NCBI RefSeq assembly: GCF_006345805.1
Contig: NC_043004.1
Span: 48,918,001-48,982,000, forward strand
Direction: 5' to 3'
Source: Octopus sinensis
Lineage: Eukaryota
DNA: 64,000 nucleotides
Shown here one piece after another: positions 52,188 through 64,000 of this stretch. Each line of letters starts with the position of its first letter. The stretch's first letter is position 1. The position numbers were made by a program, and so were the translations under genes. The notes below the pieces were generated by a model. It saw only the letters and a program-made list of their open reading frames with translations. It ran no database searches and had not been told where the DNA came from.

Positions 52188-52350
52188 TATATACGACGGG
52201 CTTCTTTCAGTTTCCGTCTACCAAATCAACTCACAAGGTTTTGGTCTGTCCAAGGCTATAGTAGAAGACACTTGCCCAAGGTGCCACGTAGTGGGACTGA
52301 ACCCTGGACCATGTGGTCGGTAAACAAGCTTCTTACCACACAGCCACTCC
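51810..52350 (-). mobile_element. SINE family 1 with an internal 146-bp tandem duplication
   Basis: The cgggcttctttcag...gggactgaac block occurs at 52051 and again at 52197. Confidence 0.85.
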
Positions 52351-52356
52351 TACGCC

Positions 52357-52496
<140 letters not shown>

Positions 52497-52589
52497 CTTT
52501 TTTTCCGTTGAGGACTTATGTGCCCTAATATTACATTATTTTCTATAGCCATTACACGGTGATTGCTTATAAGCTTCGAGTTTATGAAA

Positions 52590-52800
52590 TATTATTTCGG
52601 GGTTTTTCCACGAGTAACCTTCAAAGCGCCTCCCCTATAGGAAGTTTTTACTTGTTATATTGTTATTTTCGTTATGAAATGTTTATACGGACTTTTTTTT
52701 TTTTTGCAAAACCCTTTGTTTATCGTCTTGCGTTGTCCCTTAATGTTTTGATATATATTCGCCCTTGTGGCCAATAAAAAGAATTAATTATTATTATTAT
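52590..52800 (+). mobile_element. Second copy of the Tx1-like LINE 3'UTR
   Basis: gggtttttccacgagtaacc...cttgtggccaataaaa shared with 38310-38510; (ATT)n tail. Confidence 0.65.
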
Positions 52801-53087
52801 TTACAGAATTGTAAAAATCGACATTGCTTACCAAACATGCTCACACATTACATAAGTGTGTGTGCTGTGTTTGCCCTCCAACACCATTTGGTAACCGGAG
52901 TTGGTTTGTCTATGTTCCTGTTACTTAGTGGTTCAGCAAGACATTCCGACAGAATAAATATCAGACTCAGAAAATAAGTACTAGGGTCAACTTGTCCGAC
53001 TCAACCTTTCAAGGCAGTGCACCAGCATGGCCGCAGTCCGATGACCGAAGGAAGCGCGCACGCACGCACACACACACGCGCGTGCTT

Positions 53088-54172
53088 GGATCTTTCTTGT
53101 TTTAAGTTAAGGATCCGGTGTTTTTGAAATTTTCTATATAGATGTTGTTTTGCATATTAATTGCGAAAATCACATTGATTTTGTGGGAGAAATTAATAAT
53201 AAAATATTATGAACCTGTAAAGATTGAAATTTTTGGAATTTTAGCCAATCAGAAGACACCATTATCAACATACCGGAAATCGGTTTTTGTGTTTTTATGA
53301 ATAAAAAGACTCTAATGAAATGAACTTTTAAAGATGAAAAAATTTAATGAAATGGCAATCAGCTGCCAGGTGCTATGGTGGTGGTGGTGGTGGTGGTGGT
53401 AGTGGTAGTGGTGGTATGGTGGCGGTAGTGGTAGTGGTGGTATGGTGGTGGTGGTGGTAGTGGTAGTTGTGGTTGTGGTAGTGGTAGTGGTGGTGGGTGG
53501 TGGTGGTGGTGGTGGTGGTGGTGGTGGTGGTGGTGGTATCGTGGTGGTGGTGGTGGTGGTAGTGGTGGTTATGGTGGTGCTGGTGGTAGTGGTGGCTGTG
53601 GTGGTGGTGGTTGTGGTGGTGGTAGTGGTGGTTGTGGTGGTGGTAGTGGTGGTTGTGGTGGTGGTGCTGGTGGTAGTGGTGGTTGTGGTGGTGGTGGTAG
53701 TTGTGGTGGTGGTGGTGGTGATGATAGCTGTGAAGGCTGTAATGATGATGGCAATGGTGATGATGGTTGTGGTATTGACGACAGTGTTGTTAGTTGTGGT
53801 AGCAATGATAACGGCAATGATAAAACGGTAGTGGTAGCAATGATAACAGCGGCGGTGCAGATGGCGATGACGGTGTACAATGGTGGTGGTGATGGAGGTG
53901 ATGATGTGAAATTGGACAATGATGGCGACGCTGACTCGCGAATTGCAACCTGTTAGCAAAAAAAAAAATTCTTTGCAGTGTGTATTTCCACAATTTCATT
54001 GTTGATCGTCAATATATGTCAATTATGATTTCCGCTATGTCACAAATGGAGGGTTATGATTGGTTAAAGTTACCAAAAATTTTTAGTCTTTACAAAGTTC
54101 GTCCCTTTTTTTAATATCAATTTCTCAAAAAAAAAAGAAATAAAGAAAGAAAGGAAGGCAGGAAGGAAGGAA

Positions 54173-54206
<34 letters not shown>

Positions 54207-54298
54207 AATGAATGTGATTTTCGTAATTAGCATGCAAAACTACATCTGCGTAGAAAATGTCTCAAAATCAAATTCTGTTATTCAACCGATAAAGATCC
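53088..54298. mobile_element. Old GGATCTTT-terminal element with about 200-bp imperfect inverted arms around a (GGT)n core
   Basis: The left arm 53088-53290 aligns to the reverse complement of about 54010-54298 (ttttcta..agatgt.gttttgcat..taatt.cgaaaatcacatt; ccaatca motif). Confidence 0.55.
53375..53905. repeat. (GGT)n/(AGT)n low-complexity tract
   Basis: Direct inspection. Confidence 0.9.
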
Positions 54299-54639
54299 CA
54301 GGAGTTTACATGCAGACTGCTTTGTTTTTGTAAAACATTGAGACCGTACTACTCTGTCCTGTAAATGAAACTATACTGCTTCGCACGACAGTCAAACTGT
54401 TTTGTGTCACACTGAGACTGGACTGTTCTCCATCATAACGAAAACTGTGCTGTTCTCTCCAACAGAGAGACTTTACTGTACCATACAGGCGTATTATTTT
54501 GCATCACATTGCAACTGAACTGTTCTGTACAATATTGAGGTTGTACTGCAGTATTCTACACTCATGCTATACTACAAGAATTCAGTGTGCTACAATGTTG
54601 TATCGTATTGATACCGTATTGCTCTGTGAAGAAATGGAG

Positions 54640-55069
54640 AGATCTTTTCGGTTTGAACGGCAATTTTTTTCTAGCGGTGTCATATGAAATTGTCACCCAT
54701 AATCATGACCCTAGTATCGATCTATTGCATTTCAATCTGTTTTAGGGTTAGGGTTAGAGTTAAGGTTAGGGGTGGGGGGAAGGGAATCTTTTTTTCTTCA
54801 CAAATGTAAATAAACCCATTCTGTTTCTTAAACGAGGGTCATATTCATACGGCACAGAATGTTGTTTACCTCAATGGACGTCATTGATTGGTTGAAATTG
54901 CAGAAATTGAAGAAAAAAAACAACAAATATCTTACAAACTATAGAATTTTCTCAATAAAGCCAAAAGAAAAAGATGTTTTATAAACACATTCTACCAGTA
55001 TACGAAGTTAAAAATTTTTTAGTTACCTAGAAATTATGTTAAAAACTGCCGTTCAAACCGAAAAGATCC
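54640..55069 (+). mobile_element. GGATC MITE copy
   Basis: Same TIRs (left end AGATC) and body; TSD degenerate. Confidence 0.85.
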
Positions 55070-55334
55070 AAACCGTTTGTTACACAATGATGAAGGCGAC
55101 GAGTAATAATTCTTTCTTCTATGGGCACAAGGCCTGAAATTTTGTGGTGGTGGTAATTAGGAGACTAATCCCAGGGCCCAGCTGGTACTTATTTTATCGA
55201 ACACGAAAGGATGAAAGGCAAAAGTCGACCTCCACGGAAATTGAAGTGAGGACGTAAAGCCGGAAGAAATGCCGGCAAGGCATTTTGACCGGTGAACTAA
55301 CTATCCTGCCAACTCACCGACTTTACCGACGAGT

Positions 55335-55428
55335 CATATTACTATCCACTGCATCTCACAACGCACCAAAGAAACCGTTTATTACACCACCAGCACTAAG
55401 ACCCGGCAACGCCGGGTCATACTGCTAG
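55335..55428 (+). mobile_element. Helitron 3' terminus
   Basis: Hairpin GACCCGGC-aac-GCCGGGTC (55400-55418), then ATACTG-CTAG|T. Confidence 0.8.
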
Positions 55429-55745
55429 TGCATGCATATACAGCTGCGTGCATGCGCACATACACGCGAGTACTGTCCAAATCTCCGGCCAATCACATAC
55501 AGCTAGCTGGCATTCAATTGGTGAATCAAGTTTCGGGAATTTTGAGTGGGTTTTGGATAGAAAATTCACAAAAAAGTCACTTCTATTGATTTTTTAATGG
55601 CTTTGCTGGGGAAATGTAAAGATGTGCACGACCACCCTTGGACGGTTTTGAATGACCATAGAAAGTGCGAGCCCTCTAACTGAAAAATTGTGGATTTGTC
55701 TAAAGGACACACACGCAGACATTTTGCCGTTTATATATATAGAGA
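55429..55745 (-). mobile_element. Non-autonomous Helitron 5' segment
   Basis: Minus strand starts A|TCTCTATATATATAAACGGCAAAATGTCTG, a Helitron-type 5' end. Confidence 0.65.
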
Positions 55746-55749
55746 TGAT

Positions 55750-55960
55750 GAAGGCGACGAGCTGGCAAAATCGGTAGCAAGCTGGACTAAATACTTTGCG
55801 GCATTTCTTTGCATTCTGAGTTCGAATTCCGCTGAGGTCGACTCAGCCTTTCATCCTTTCGAGGTCGATAAAATAACTACCAGATGAGCACTGGGGTCGA
55901 TGTAATTGACTTACTCCTCTGCTGAACTTGCAGACCTTGTGTCAAAATTTGGAACTATTA
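55750..55960 (+). mobile_element. SINE family 2
   Basis: gaaggcgacgagctggc head and core; an opposite-strand copy lies at about 55110-55320. Confidence 0.7.
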
Positions 55961-56269
55961 TTATTTTTATAAAGGATAATGTTTATCCCCATTTAAAAGT
56001 GGCTGTTGTATCAGAACACAGAACACTGCGATAGTTAACATGACAGAATCTCTCGGATGGTTTTGCGGTGCACACGAGCACTTTTGTTTACATTACTAGC
56101 GGGAGACAATCACCGCCACCGCCACCGCTACCACCAGAACTACTAGATCATGTGACTTCCGCTTTCCTTGGCCTTGCCAATGGTAGACGCCTGACTGCTG
56201 GAAATAGCAGCGACGGCTCCGAGAGCAATATACATAAAAATACATTACCTCAGTATTCTGAGTTCTGGT

Positions 56270-56662
56270 GGAAGCACTCCGTCGGTTACGACGACGAGGG
56301 TTCCGGTTGATCCGAATCAATGGAGCAGCCTGCTCGTGAAATTAACGTGTAAGTGGCTGAGCACTCCACAGACACGTGTACCCTTAACGTAGTTCTCGGG
56401 GATATTCAGCGTGACACAGAGAGTGACAAGGCTGGCCCTTTGAAATACAGGTACAACAGAAACAGGAAGTAAGAGTGAGAGAAAGTTGTGGTGAAAGAGT
56501 ACAGCAGGGATCACCACCATCCCCTGCCGGAGCTTTAGGTGTTTTCGTGGAGCTTTAGGTGTTTTCGCTCAATAAACACTCACAACGCCCGGTCTAGGAA
56601 TCGAAACCGCGATCCTATGACCGCGAGTCCGCTGCCCTAACCACTGGGCCATTGCCCCTCCA
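56270..56662 (-). mobile_element. tRNA(Arg)-derived SINE family 3 (OR-type candidate)
   Basis: Minus-strand head TGGAGGGGCAATGGCCCAGTGGTTAGGGCAGCGGACTCGCGG...GGTTTCGATTCC with A/B boxes and a TCG anticodon-like loop, continuing into SINE body without a 3' acceptor stem. Confidence 0.8.
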
Positions 56663-58136
56663 TTCTAAGTTCTAACACATCCACTTTTAGTGGTGCTAAA
56701 TATTACCTTTTGGTAATAAAGAAATAGGTATTTCGCTCGTCGTTACGTTCTGAATTCAAATTCCGTCTAGGTCGACTTTACCTTCCATCCTTTCGACACT
56801 GGGGTCAATGTAATCGACTAGTCCCCTCCCTTCAAATTGCAAGCCTTGTGCCTTTAGTAGAATAGGTTGTTGTTGTTGTTGTTGTTGTTATTATTATTGA
56901 GTGAGAAAGCAATGCATGCATTCAAAGTAACACTGGAATACATATATACGAAACCCAATATACCTATCATGATCACCAGTCTGATAAGGGCACACCAGGT
57001 ACATGCATCAGAACTATGTGTACACGACATGTGGATCTCATATCAAGATAAACAGCGTTTGACCTTGCAGGTGAGACCCAGTTAGAATTTTTTCAAGTCG
57101 AGTAGCTCATCACACTCAAAAGGTCCCAGAATGAGGGTTGTTTAAAGATAATGAACGAAACACTTCTGTTTCCAGAGGTGATTTATTTAAACCCCAAAGA
57201 ATTCCTCTCAACATATGGCTATGATGTTTCCCCACTATTGTCAGTCAATGAGAGACATGCTCAACTGGTTAAGGTCAATCAAATGACAGGCAAATCCGTG
57301 GTATTGAGCAGAATATTTGCTGTAGCCCATCTTTTATACCAAGGCAAATATGTACATGATAACACTTCCAATCAGTTAAGATCAGAAGCCGTGAATGGCA
57401 GTGCCTGGTACTGCATCAAGGCAAAACTCACACACATACACACACATTCTTTGTTTTGTCCTGTGCTGTCCATAATACTTTTCTTAATGTAAACCCTTGT
57501 GGTTAATAAAGAAATTATTATTATTATTATTGTTATTATAATTATTATTATTATTAAGAAATTGCGTTGCGATGAATGTAATTCTGTCCTTAGAGATAGG
57601 CATTTTTTCATTGAAGACACACATGAAGACAATACAGAACAATGATAAAGTGTCAAATGACATGATTGCTCGTTTATGTTTCATTGTGTTTGTTTGAAAA
57701 TTATTGAAATTATAGGAGATTCAGAGACAGGTCAAAAGATGACACAGTGTGAAGAAAATATCGATGACTTTTGACTAGGAATGTGACGAAATTGCTTACA
57801 GAAAGAGGAAAGAATTGATTAAATCTACCCTCAATATACTACTGGTATTAGTTTATCCTCAAGCAACAGAAAATAAGAGGTTATTGCGAGATTTGAACGC
57901 AGGACTTAAAAGACCAAAATATTAAGAAATTTTACTATCAAAACGATAATTTATATATGAATATATTCTTTTTTCTCTGCGTCTTTCTTTAACTCTCTCT
58001 CTCTCTCTCTCTTTGAGTATTTTTCTTTCTCTTTTGTCTCTGTCCACCTATCTCTTTCTCCTTCTGAAGAATAGTAGGTGTCCAAAAACACTACATTCTT
58101 TTACTCCCCGACATTTGTACAACTGTATGTATACTC

Positions 58137-58220
<84 letters not shown>

Positions 58221-58247
58221 TTGGACAAATAATGTATATATATATTT

Positions 58248-58455
58248 TTCTCTTTTACTTGTTTCAGTCATTTGCCTGTGGCCATGCTGGAGCACCGCCT
58301 TTAGTCGAGCAAATCGACCCCAGGACTTATTCTTTGTAAGCCTAATACTTATTCTATCGGTCTTTTTTGTTGAACCGCTATATTACGGGGACGTAAACAC
58401 ACCAGTATTGGTTGTCAAGCGATGTTGGTGGGAGGGGGGAAAGAAATACACAAAT

Positions 58456-58488
<33 letters not shown>

Positions 58489-58660
58489 CATATACATATA
58501 TACGACGGGCTTCTTTCAGTTTCCGTCTACCAAATCCACTCACAAGGCTTTGGTCGGCCCTCGGCTATAGTAGAAGACACTTGCCCAAGGTGCGACTCAG
58601 TGGTACTGAACCCGGAACTATGTGGTTGGTAAGCAAGCTACTTACCACACAGCAACTCCT
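58248..58660 (-). mobile_element. SINE family 1
   Basis: Full-length reverse copy. Confidence 0.85.
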
Positions 58661-58685
58661 ATATGCGCGCGCGCGTGTGTATGCG

Positions 58686-58716
<31 letters not shown>

Positions 58717-58838
58717 CTGTATAGAGCGCTGTAGAACCGACGATGTGACTGAATACATATTACAAAACAGATGTAAGGTTATGGAATATTTTAACCTTAC
58801 ACTTCTGAATTTGTTTATATGTGTATGCGTGTATGTAC

Positions 58839-58886
<48 letters not shown>

Positions 58887-59061
58887 ATAAATATATATAT
58901 ATATATATATACAAAAAGCAATAAAGATTCAAGTTAATTTAAATGAATTTACTTGAATATGGTACCTAACTTAGATGCACCAAAAGAAAACTATACTGTT
59001 TTAACAATACAGTAATGTGGGGTGATTATAAGCTCGTATATATATATATATAGATATATAT

Positions 59062-59172
<111 letters not shown>

Positions 59173-60638
59173 TAAATATATATATATATAAATTTATATA
59201 TATGTAATATATATATATGTATATGTATGTGTAAGCACACAGATATATCACTCACACATACACACACACATGCACACACACGCACACGAAATATGCATAT
59301 TTAATACATTATTTGTCCCAATGTATATTACTACTTACATTTATCTGCTACATAAATTACGATATACCAAAATTCCATTCGAAATCAATTCTGTGTCGAT
59401 GACATTCCAATGGAGTCAACAGTTGGAAGGACTGACCAATCCTTTCTGCAATAGGCATGGACTTCCTAGTGTAACATAGTTTAGAAATTACCAAACTTTT
59501 TAGTGGCAACAAATTGTTTTGTATCCATGGAACGTATCGAGGCAGGTTAGTTGAAGATCACCCCTATTCTAGAGAGGATTTCCAAGTGAAAGACTTGCCA
59601 CAAGAAGAATTCAATTTTTACAACATACAGTAAGAAATATTCGTAAATCTAGAAAGTGTCCACCTTTTACATTCGAAGATTTTAGAGATACATATCGATA
59701 GGTGTAACCTTAAAGTGTCGTTAAAATTCACAATGAAATCACAAATAACTGGAATTTGCTGTACTAATGTCCAGTTACAAACAAATATTCTCTAAACTAA
59801 TTCGACAGATGTCAATATTTTTTTAGATTTTATTTGATTGCATGTATCACAGACGCAATAAGGTTATATCAATGCGCAACTGTAAACCTCACCGGTGGAA
59901 TCGATTTAACATTTGTATAGATTTAAAGCAAACTTAAGACAACGCAAGAAAGTATTTTACATCAATCGAAGCGTTTCGTAGTACTGGAATAAAATACAGG
60001 AATTTACTGTCCATTCCGACCACAGTGTTATTCCTTCCAAACTCACTGCCAATTTTCTTTCTCTCTTTCTCGCTAGCTATAATTGAGTTGTGAATCGCAA
60101 TATTAAAAATGTTTTAATCAACATAGAAACAAGGTAAACTTTAGAGAAATAATTTGTCTTCTATCGAGATAATCTTTTATGAAAAGAAGCTAGTGTCGGT
60201 AATCAATAAAGACTATGATATACTGCTAAATAGAAAAGTTATTTGCAGCTAGAAGCTCGGTTACACTTATTTAAATAGAAATAAATCTATTTTAGCCAAA
60301 TTTCAAGAAATCGATAAACATTTTCCATAAAACTTTGGAGTATTTGATGATTTGTTCTTCATGAAAATATTAAAGACATCCTTGCCTAGTTTTACCATTA
60401 TCTCTGGCAGAAAAGTCTTTTGAAATATGTTGTGAGAAATTACACGTTGGTTGAATTTCATTTGGGGATAAAAAGAAAACTGTATAAAGAAATCAATTTA
60501 AAATATTGATTTAAGTTCTCTTTCTTCTCTCTCTACGTTCTCTTCTGTTTACTATAATAATTTTACGTTGTTGTCGTTGTAATTGTTATTGTTATCGAGT
60601 CGTCGTCGACGTTGTTGTTTTTGTTGTTATTGTTGTTG

Positions 60639-60669
<31 letters not shown>

Positions 60670-61324
60670 TGGTGTTGATGTTAAAGTCTAGAAAATAAAT
60701 ATTGTTCAGTCATAGGAAATAAAGACTGTTGAGAATGAAGCATAAACAAATTCTAGGCTATTTTATATGGTAAGAGCCAAGAAGCCACGCAATCCTAAGT
60801 GCACACTATACATGACATCCGTCGGTCATTCCGGTATATTACGTTTGGCAGAACGGTTACCTTTCATGCACTTCAGATTACCAACACATTTTCATGTATG
60901 TAGAGATACATAGGAGGAATCCAGGTGAGCAGATAGAGATATAATGATGCAAATAATCAAATAAAACCGCTTGGGCTGGATATATAAAAAAATATATATA
61001 TACGTAAATAGAGTGAAGACTGAGACCGAAAATATTCAGACGATGAATATTCGTGTATAGATATATATATATTTATATATTAACAGAACAGCCTTACACA
61101 GAGTAAAAAACTAAGGGAGAATATATGGTATTACAGGTTCGACTGCTGTTTCTGGGTGCTCAGAATTACGTTATAATGTTGGCATATGTAGTTCGTAAAA
61201 ATTCAAGGATATGCAAGCCTTCGTCTTCATGGTGGAGAGATACGTAGTCCTCGGTAAAGATTTCGGAGTGTAAATTCAAATCATTTGAGTGCTGCTAAGT
61301 GTTATCTATACTGAGCATCTCTGG

Positions 61325-61423
<99 letters not shown>

Positions 61424-61474
61424 AATCCATCCATCCATCCATCCATCCATCTATCTACCTACCTACCTACCTCT

Positions 61475-61529
<55 letters not shown>
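61325..61529. repeat. Compound microsatellite (ATCT)n(ATCC)n(ACCT)n(CT)n(AT)n
   Basis: Direct inspection. Confidence 0.9.
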
Positions 61530-61702
61530 CACAATCAAGGAATGGCCATAATAGGCCATTCACCCACTAAAAATAACAGCCAAAGCTTCACCGCAAAATA
61601 ACATTAATTCCGCAATTGCGGAATTAATGTTATTTTGCGGTTGAAGCTTTGGCTGTTATTCTAGTGGGTGAATGGCCTATTATGGCCATTCCTTGATGTG
61701 AT
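61528..61702. repeat. 175-bp spacer-less palindrome
   Basis: Centre CCGCAA|TTGCGG at 61615/61616; arms of about 88 bp with three 1-nt indels and one substitution. Confidence 0.95.
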
Positions 61703-62189
61703 GTTGAACTTATAAATGGTCTATGACTATTAATTTATTCCCACTAGGCCGCTGGTGGCAAATAAATTCTACGAAATTTTTTGCCACCCTATATTGATTA
61801 ATTATAAAATATATAATATATATATATATTAATATATATATATATATACATCTGCATGTGAAATTCCATCCATATTTTTGCTTACGTGCACATGTATACA
61901 TCCATATCTATATATGTAAAATTAAGGGTGAAGAACAGATGTAATCCGAGAGATAATCCAATGGTATTACATAATCTGAGCAGGTAATCGAATGGCGTAA
62001 GATAATCCGAGAATTAAGGTACTTTAATGCATTCATGTTTTTTTGTACTTGATTTTGAATTTTTGCCATTGATTTGCTGTATATGCATATATATGTTCAT
62101 ACATACATGCATACGTACACGTATGTATATATAATACGTACGTACATGCATACTTACATACATATCTACATACATATATAGATACAAAT

Positions 62190-62254
62190 TTACATAAATT
62201 CATACATATATACATACATGCATGCATACATGCATACATATATACATACATACA

Positions 62255-62288
<34 letters not shown>

Positions 62289-63025
62289 CATGCATGCATA
62301 CATGCATACACGCATACACGCATACATACATACATACATGCATACATGCATACGTACATACATGCATACATACATACATACATGCATACATACATACATA
62401 CATACATGCATACATGCATACATACATACATACATACATACATGCATTCATACATACGTGCATACATACATACATGCATACATACATGCATACATACATA
62501 CATGCATACATGCATGCATACATACATGCATACATACATACATACATGCATACATGCATACATGCATACATGCATACATACATACATACATACATACATA
62601 CATACATGCATACATACATATATACATGCATACATTCATACATACATATATACATGCATACATTCATACATACATAGATACATACATACATACATACATA
62701 CATACATGCATACATGCATACAAACATACATACATACATACATACATACATACATTCATACATTCATACATGCATACATACATACATGCATACATACATA
62801 CATGCATACATACATACATGCATACATGCATACATACATACATACATACATACATACATGCATACATGCATACATACATACATACATACATACATACATG
62901 CATACATGCATACATACATACAAACATACATGCATACATGCATGCATACATGCATACATGCATACATACATACATACATACATACATACATACATACATA
63001 CATACATACATACATACATACATAC
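62190..63025. repeat. About 830-bp (TACA)n tract with TGCA variant units
   Basis: Direct inspection; source of the long HTYI/MYVC ORFs. Confidence 0.95.
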
Positions 63026-63260
63026 GTCCCTCTCCTTGCCTCATCTCTCATCATCTCTCACCTCCTCTCTACCGTCCTCGAACTTCTTGTGCCAGCAAGA
63101 GGCAGATGCACAACTGATACAAAGTTAATCTATAGGCATTGAAGCATTCCATAAGTTTCTATACCATTTTTACCCAGTTTAATACTAAACTTCATTGCAC
63201 AGCGAGCTTACATATTGTCTTTGCGTACTGACTGCATTCAGCAAACCACTCATCTGAAAC
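63025..63260 (-). mobile_element. Decayed mariner transposase N-terminal fragment
   Basis: Minus strand RCAMKFSIKLGKNGIETYGML...WHKKFEDGR / EEVRDDER, with stops and frameshifts. Confidence 0.7.
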
Positions 63261-63678
63261 AAGTAGTGTTTGGCAGAGTGTGTTCAAAGTGCCGTTGCAG
63301 TCGTCTCTTTCAATCTGGAATGACAAAATTTGGCAGGTCACCTTGTTAGATGTATAGTAATGATATACTAAAATTAGAATATTCTTGGACAGTTATAACT
63401 GTCTCTCCCAAAAGGGTTTCATACCTTGCACCTTATATATATATACTTTATAATTAGGGTTCAGCAACGATTTGCTTCCCCACATACCGAAGTTTAGAAA
63501 TAGCAGTCAAAAAATCTTAGCTATTCCTTCTACTTTAAAGGGGGTTGCCAGAAAAACCAAAGCAAAGTAGAATTCATGCCGAATTCTACTTGGTGGAATT
63601 ACTGATTACTTCTTAATTAATTAATTTCACCCTTTGTTATTAATTATATATATATTATATGATATATATATATATAAT

Positions 63679-63776
<98 letters not shown>

Positions 63777-63822
63777 TTTTTTTCACATTTTTTACACATT
63801 TTTTCTCTCCTTGTTTTTCTGT

Positions 63823-63864
63823 GTCCTTTTCTGAAGAAGAGCGTAGGCTCGAAACGTAAAAGAC
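63823..63864 (+). ncRNA. Minimal (dimer-type) hammerhead ribozyme motif, Penelope-like terminal repeat
   Basis: GUCCUUUU-CUGAAGA-A-GAGC(GUAG)GCUC-GAAACGUA|AAAGAC. Palindromic ACGU helix III; the fragment lies between (TA)n tracts. Confidence 0.62.
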
Positions 63865-64000
63865 TTTTTCTATTCCTGAGCGTTATACTAATACATCTTT
63901 TTGTTTTGTACACCACCTGTCTTCGTCTTTTGTTTTCTTTCGTAAACTTTCCCTATATATATATATATATATTGATAGAAATGGCAAGGCAACAAAAGAA

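Noticed and set aside
56590-56662. tRNA-Arg gene on the minus strand
   Set aside because: A/B boxes and an anticodon-like loop are present, but there is no 3' acceptor strand and the sequence runs into a multicopy SINE body.
59300-59640. Short open frames in unique DNA (plus ITKLFSGNKLFCIHGTYRG...; minus ...LPRYVPWIQNNL, reminiscent of a trypsin C-terminus)
   Set aside because: Poor polypyrimidine tract, an upstream in-frame stop on the minus frame and no supporting neighbouring exons.
61135-61170. Minus-strand ctgagca...gaaacagcagtc as a hammerhead
   Set aside because: The core G8 is altered, helix II is missing and helix I is weak; at most a decayed remnant.
62033-63142. Long ORFs up to 299 aa (HTYI/MYVC repeats), and similar ones at 45822-46299, 47649-47938 and 49-490
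   Set aside because: These are translations of (TACA)n/(TA)n/(CA)n microsatellites, which lack stop codons in several frames.

Overview
AT-rich, very repeat-dense animal genomic DNA. The repeat families and the tRNA-derived SINEs point to an octopus (coleoid cephalopod); this is inferred from sequence recall, not from a database search. The only protein-coding gene I can support is the 3' part of ATG10 (autophagy E2-like enzyme) on the + strand, in three spliced exons: 15226-15323, 16553-16641 and 24175-24268. These include the catalytic HPC motif and the stop codon; the 5' exons were not found and probably lie upstream of the window. Almost all ORFs in the supplied track are microsatellite or repeat artefacts. 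The rest of the window holds SINEs (three families), 5'-truncated RTE LINEs, CR1- and Tx1-like LINE ends, mariner remnants, piggyBac/hAT/GGATC-terminal MITEs, Helitron pieces and Penelope-like fragments. Items worth follow-up: two hammerhead-ribozyme motifs (48024-48080 minus, 63823-63864 plus); a 1113-bp tandem duplication with a chimeric SINE at its junction; inverted repeats flanking the ATG10 catalytic exons (circRNA/ADAR-type geometry); two long near-perfect palindromes; and a change in CpG content and repeat type near 33 kb, next to an RFX-box-like putative promoter. Repeat boundaries are approximate (about +/-10 bp) unless TSD/TIR positions are given.
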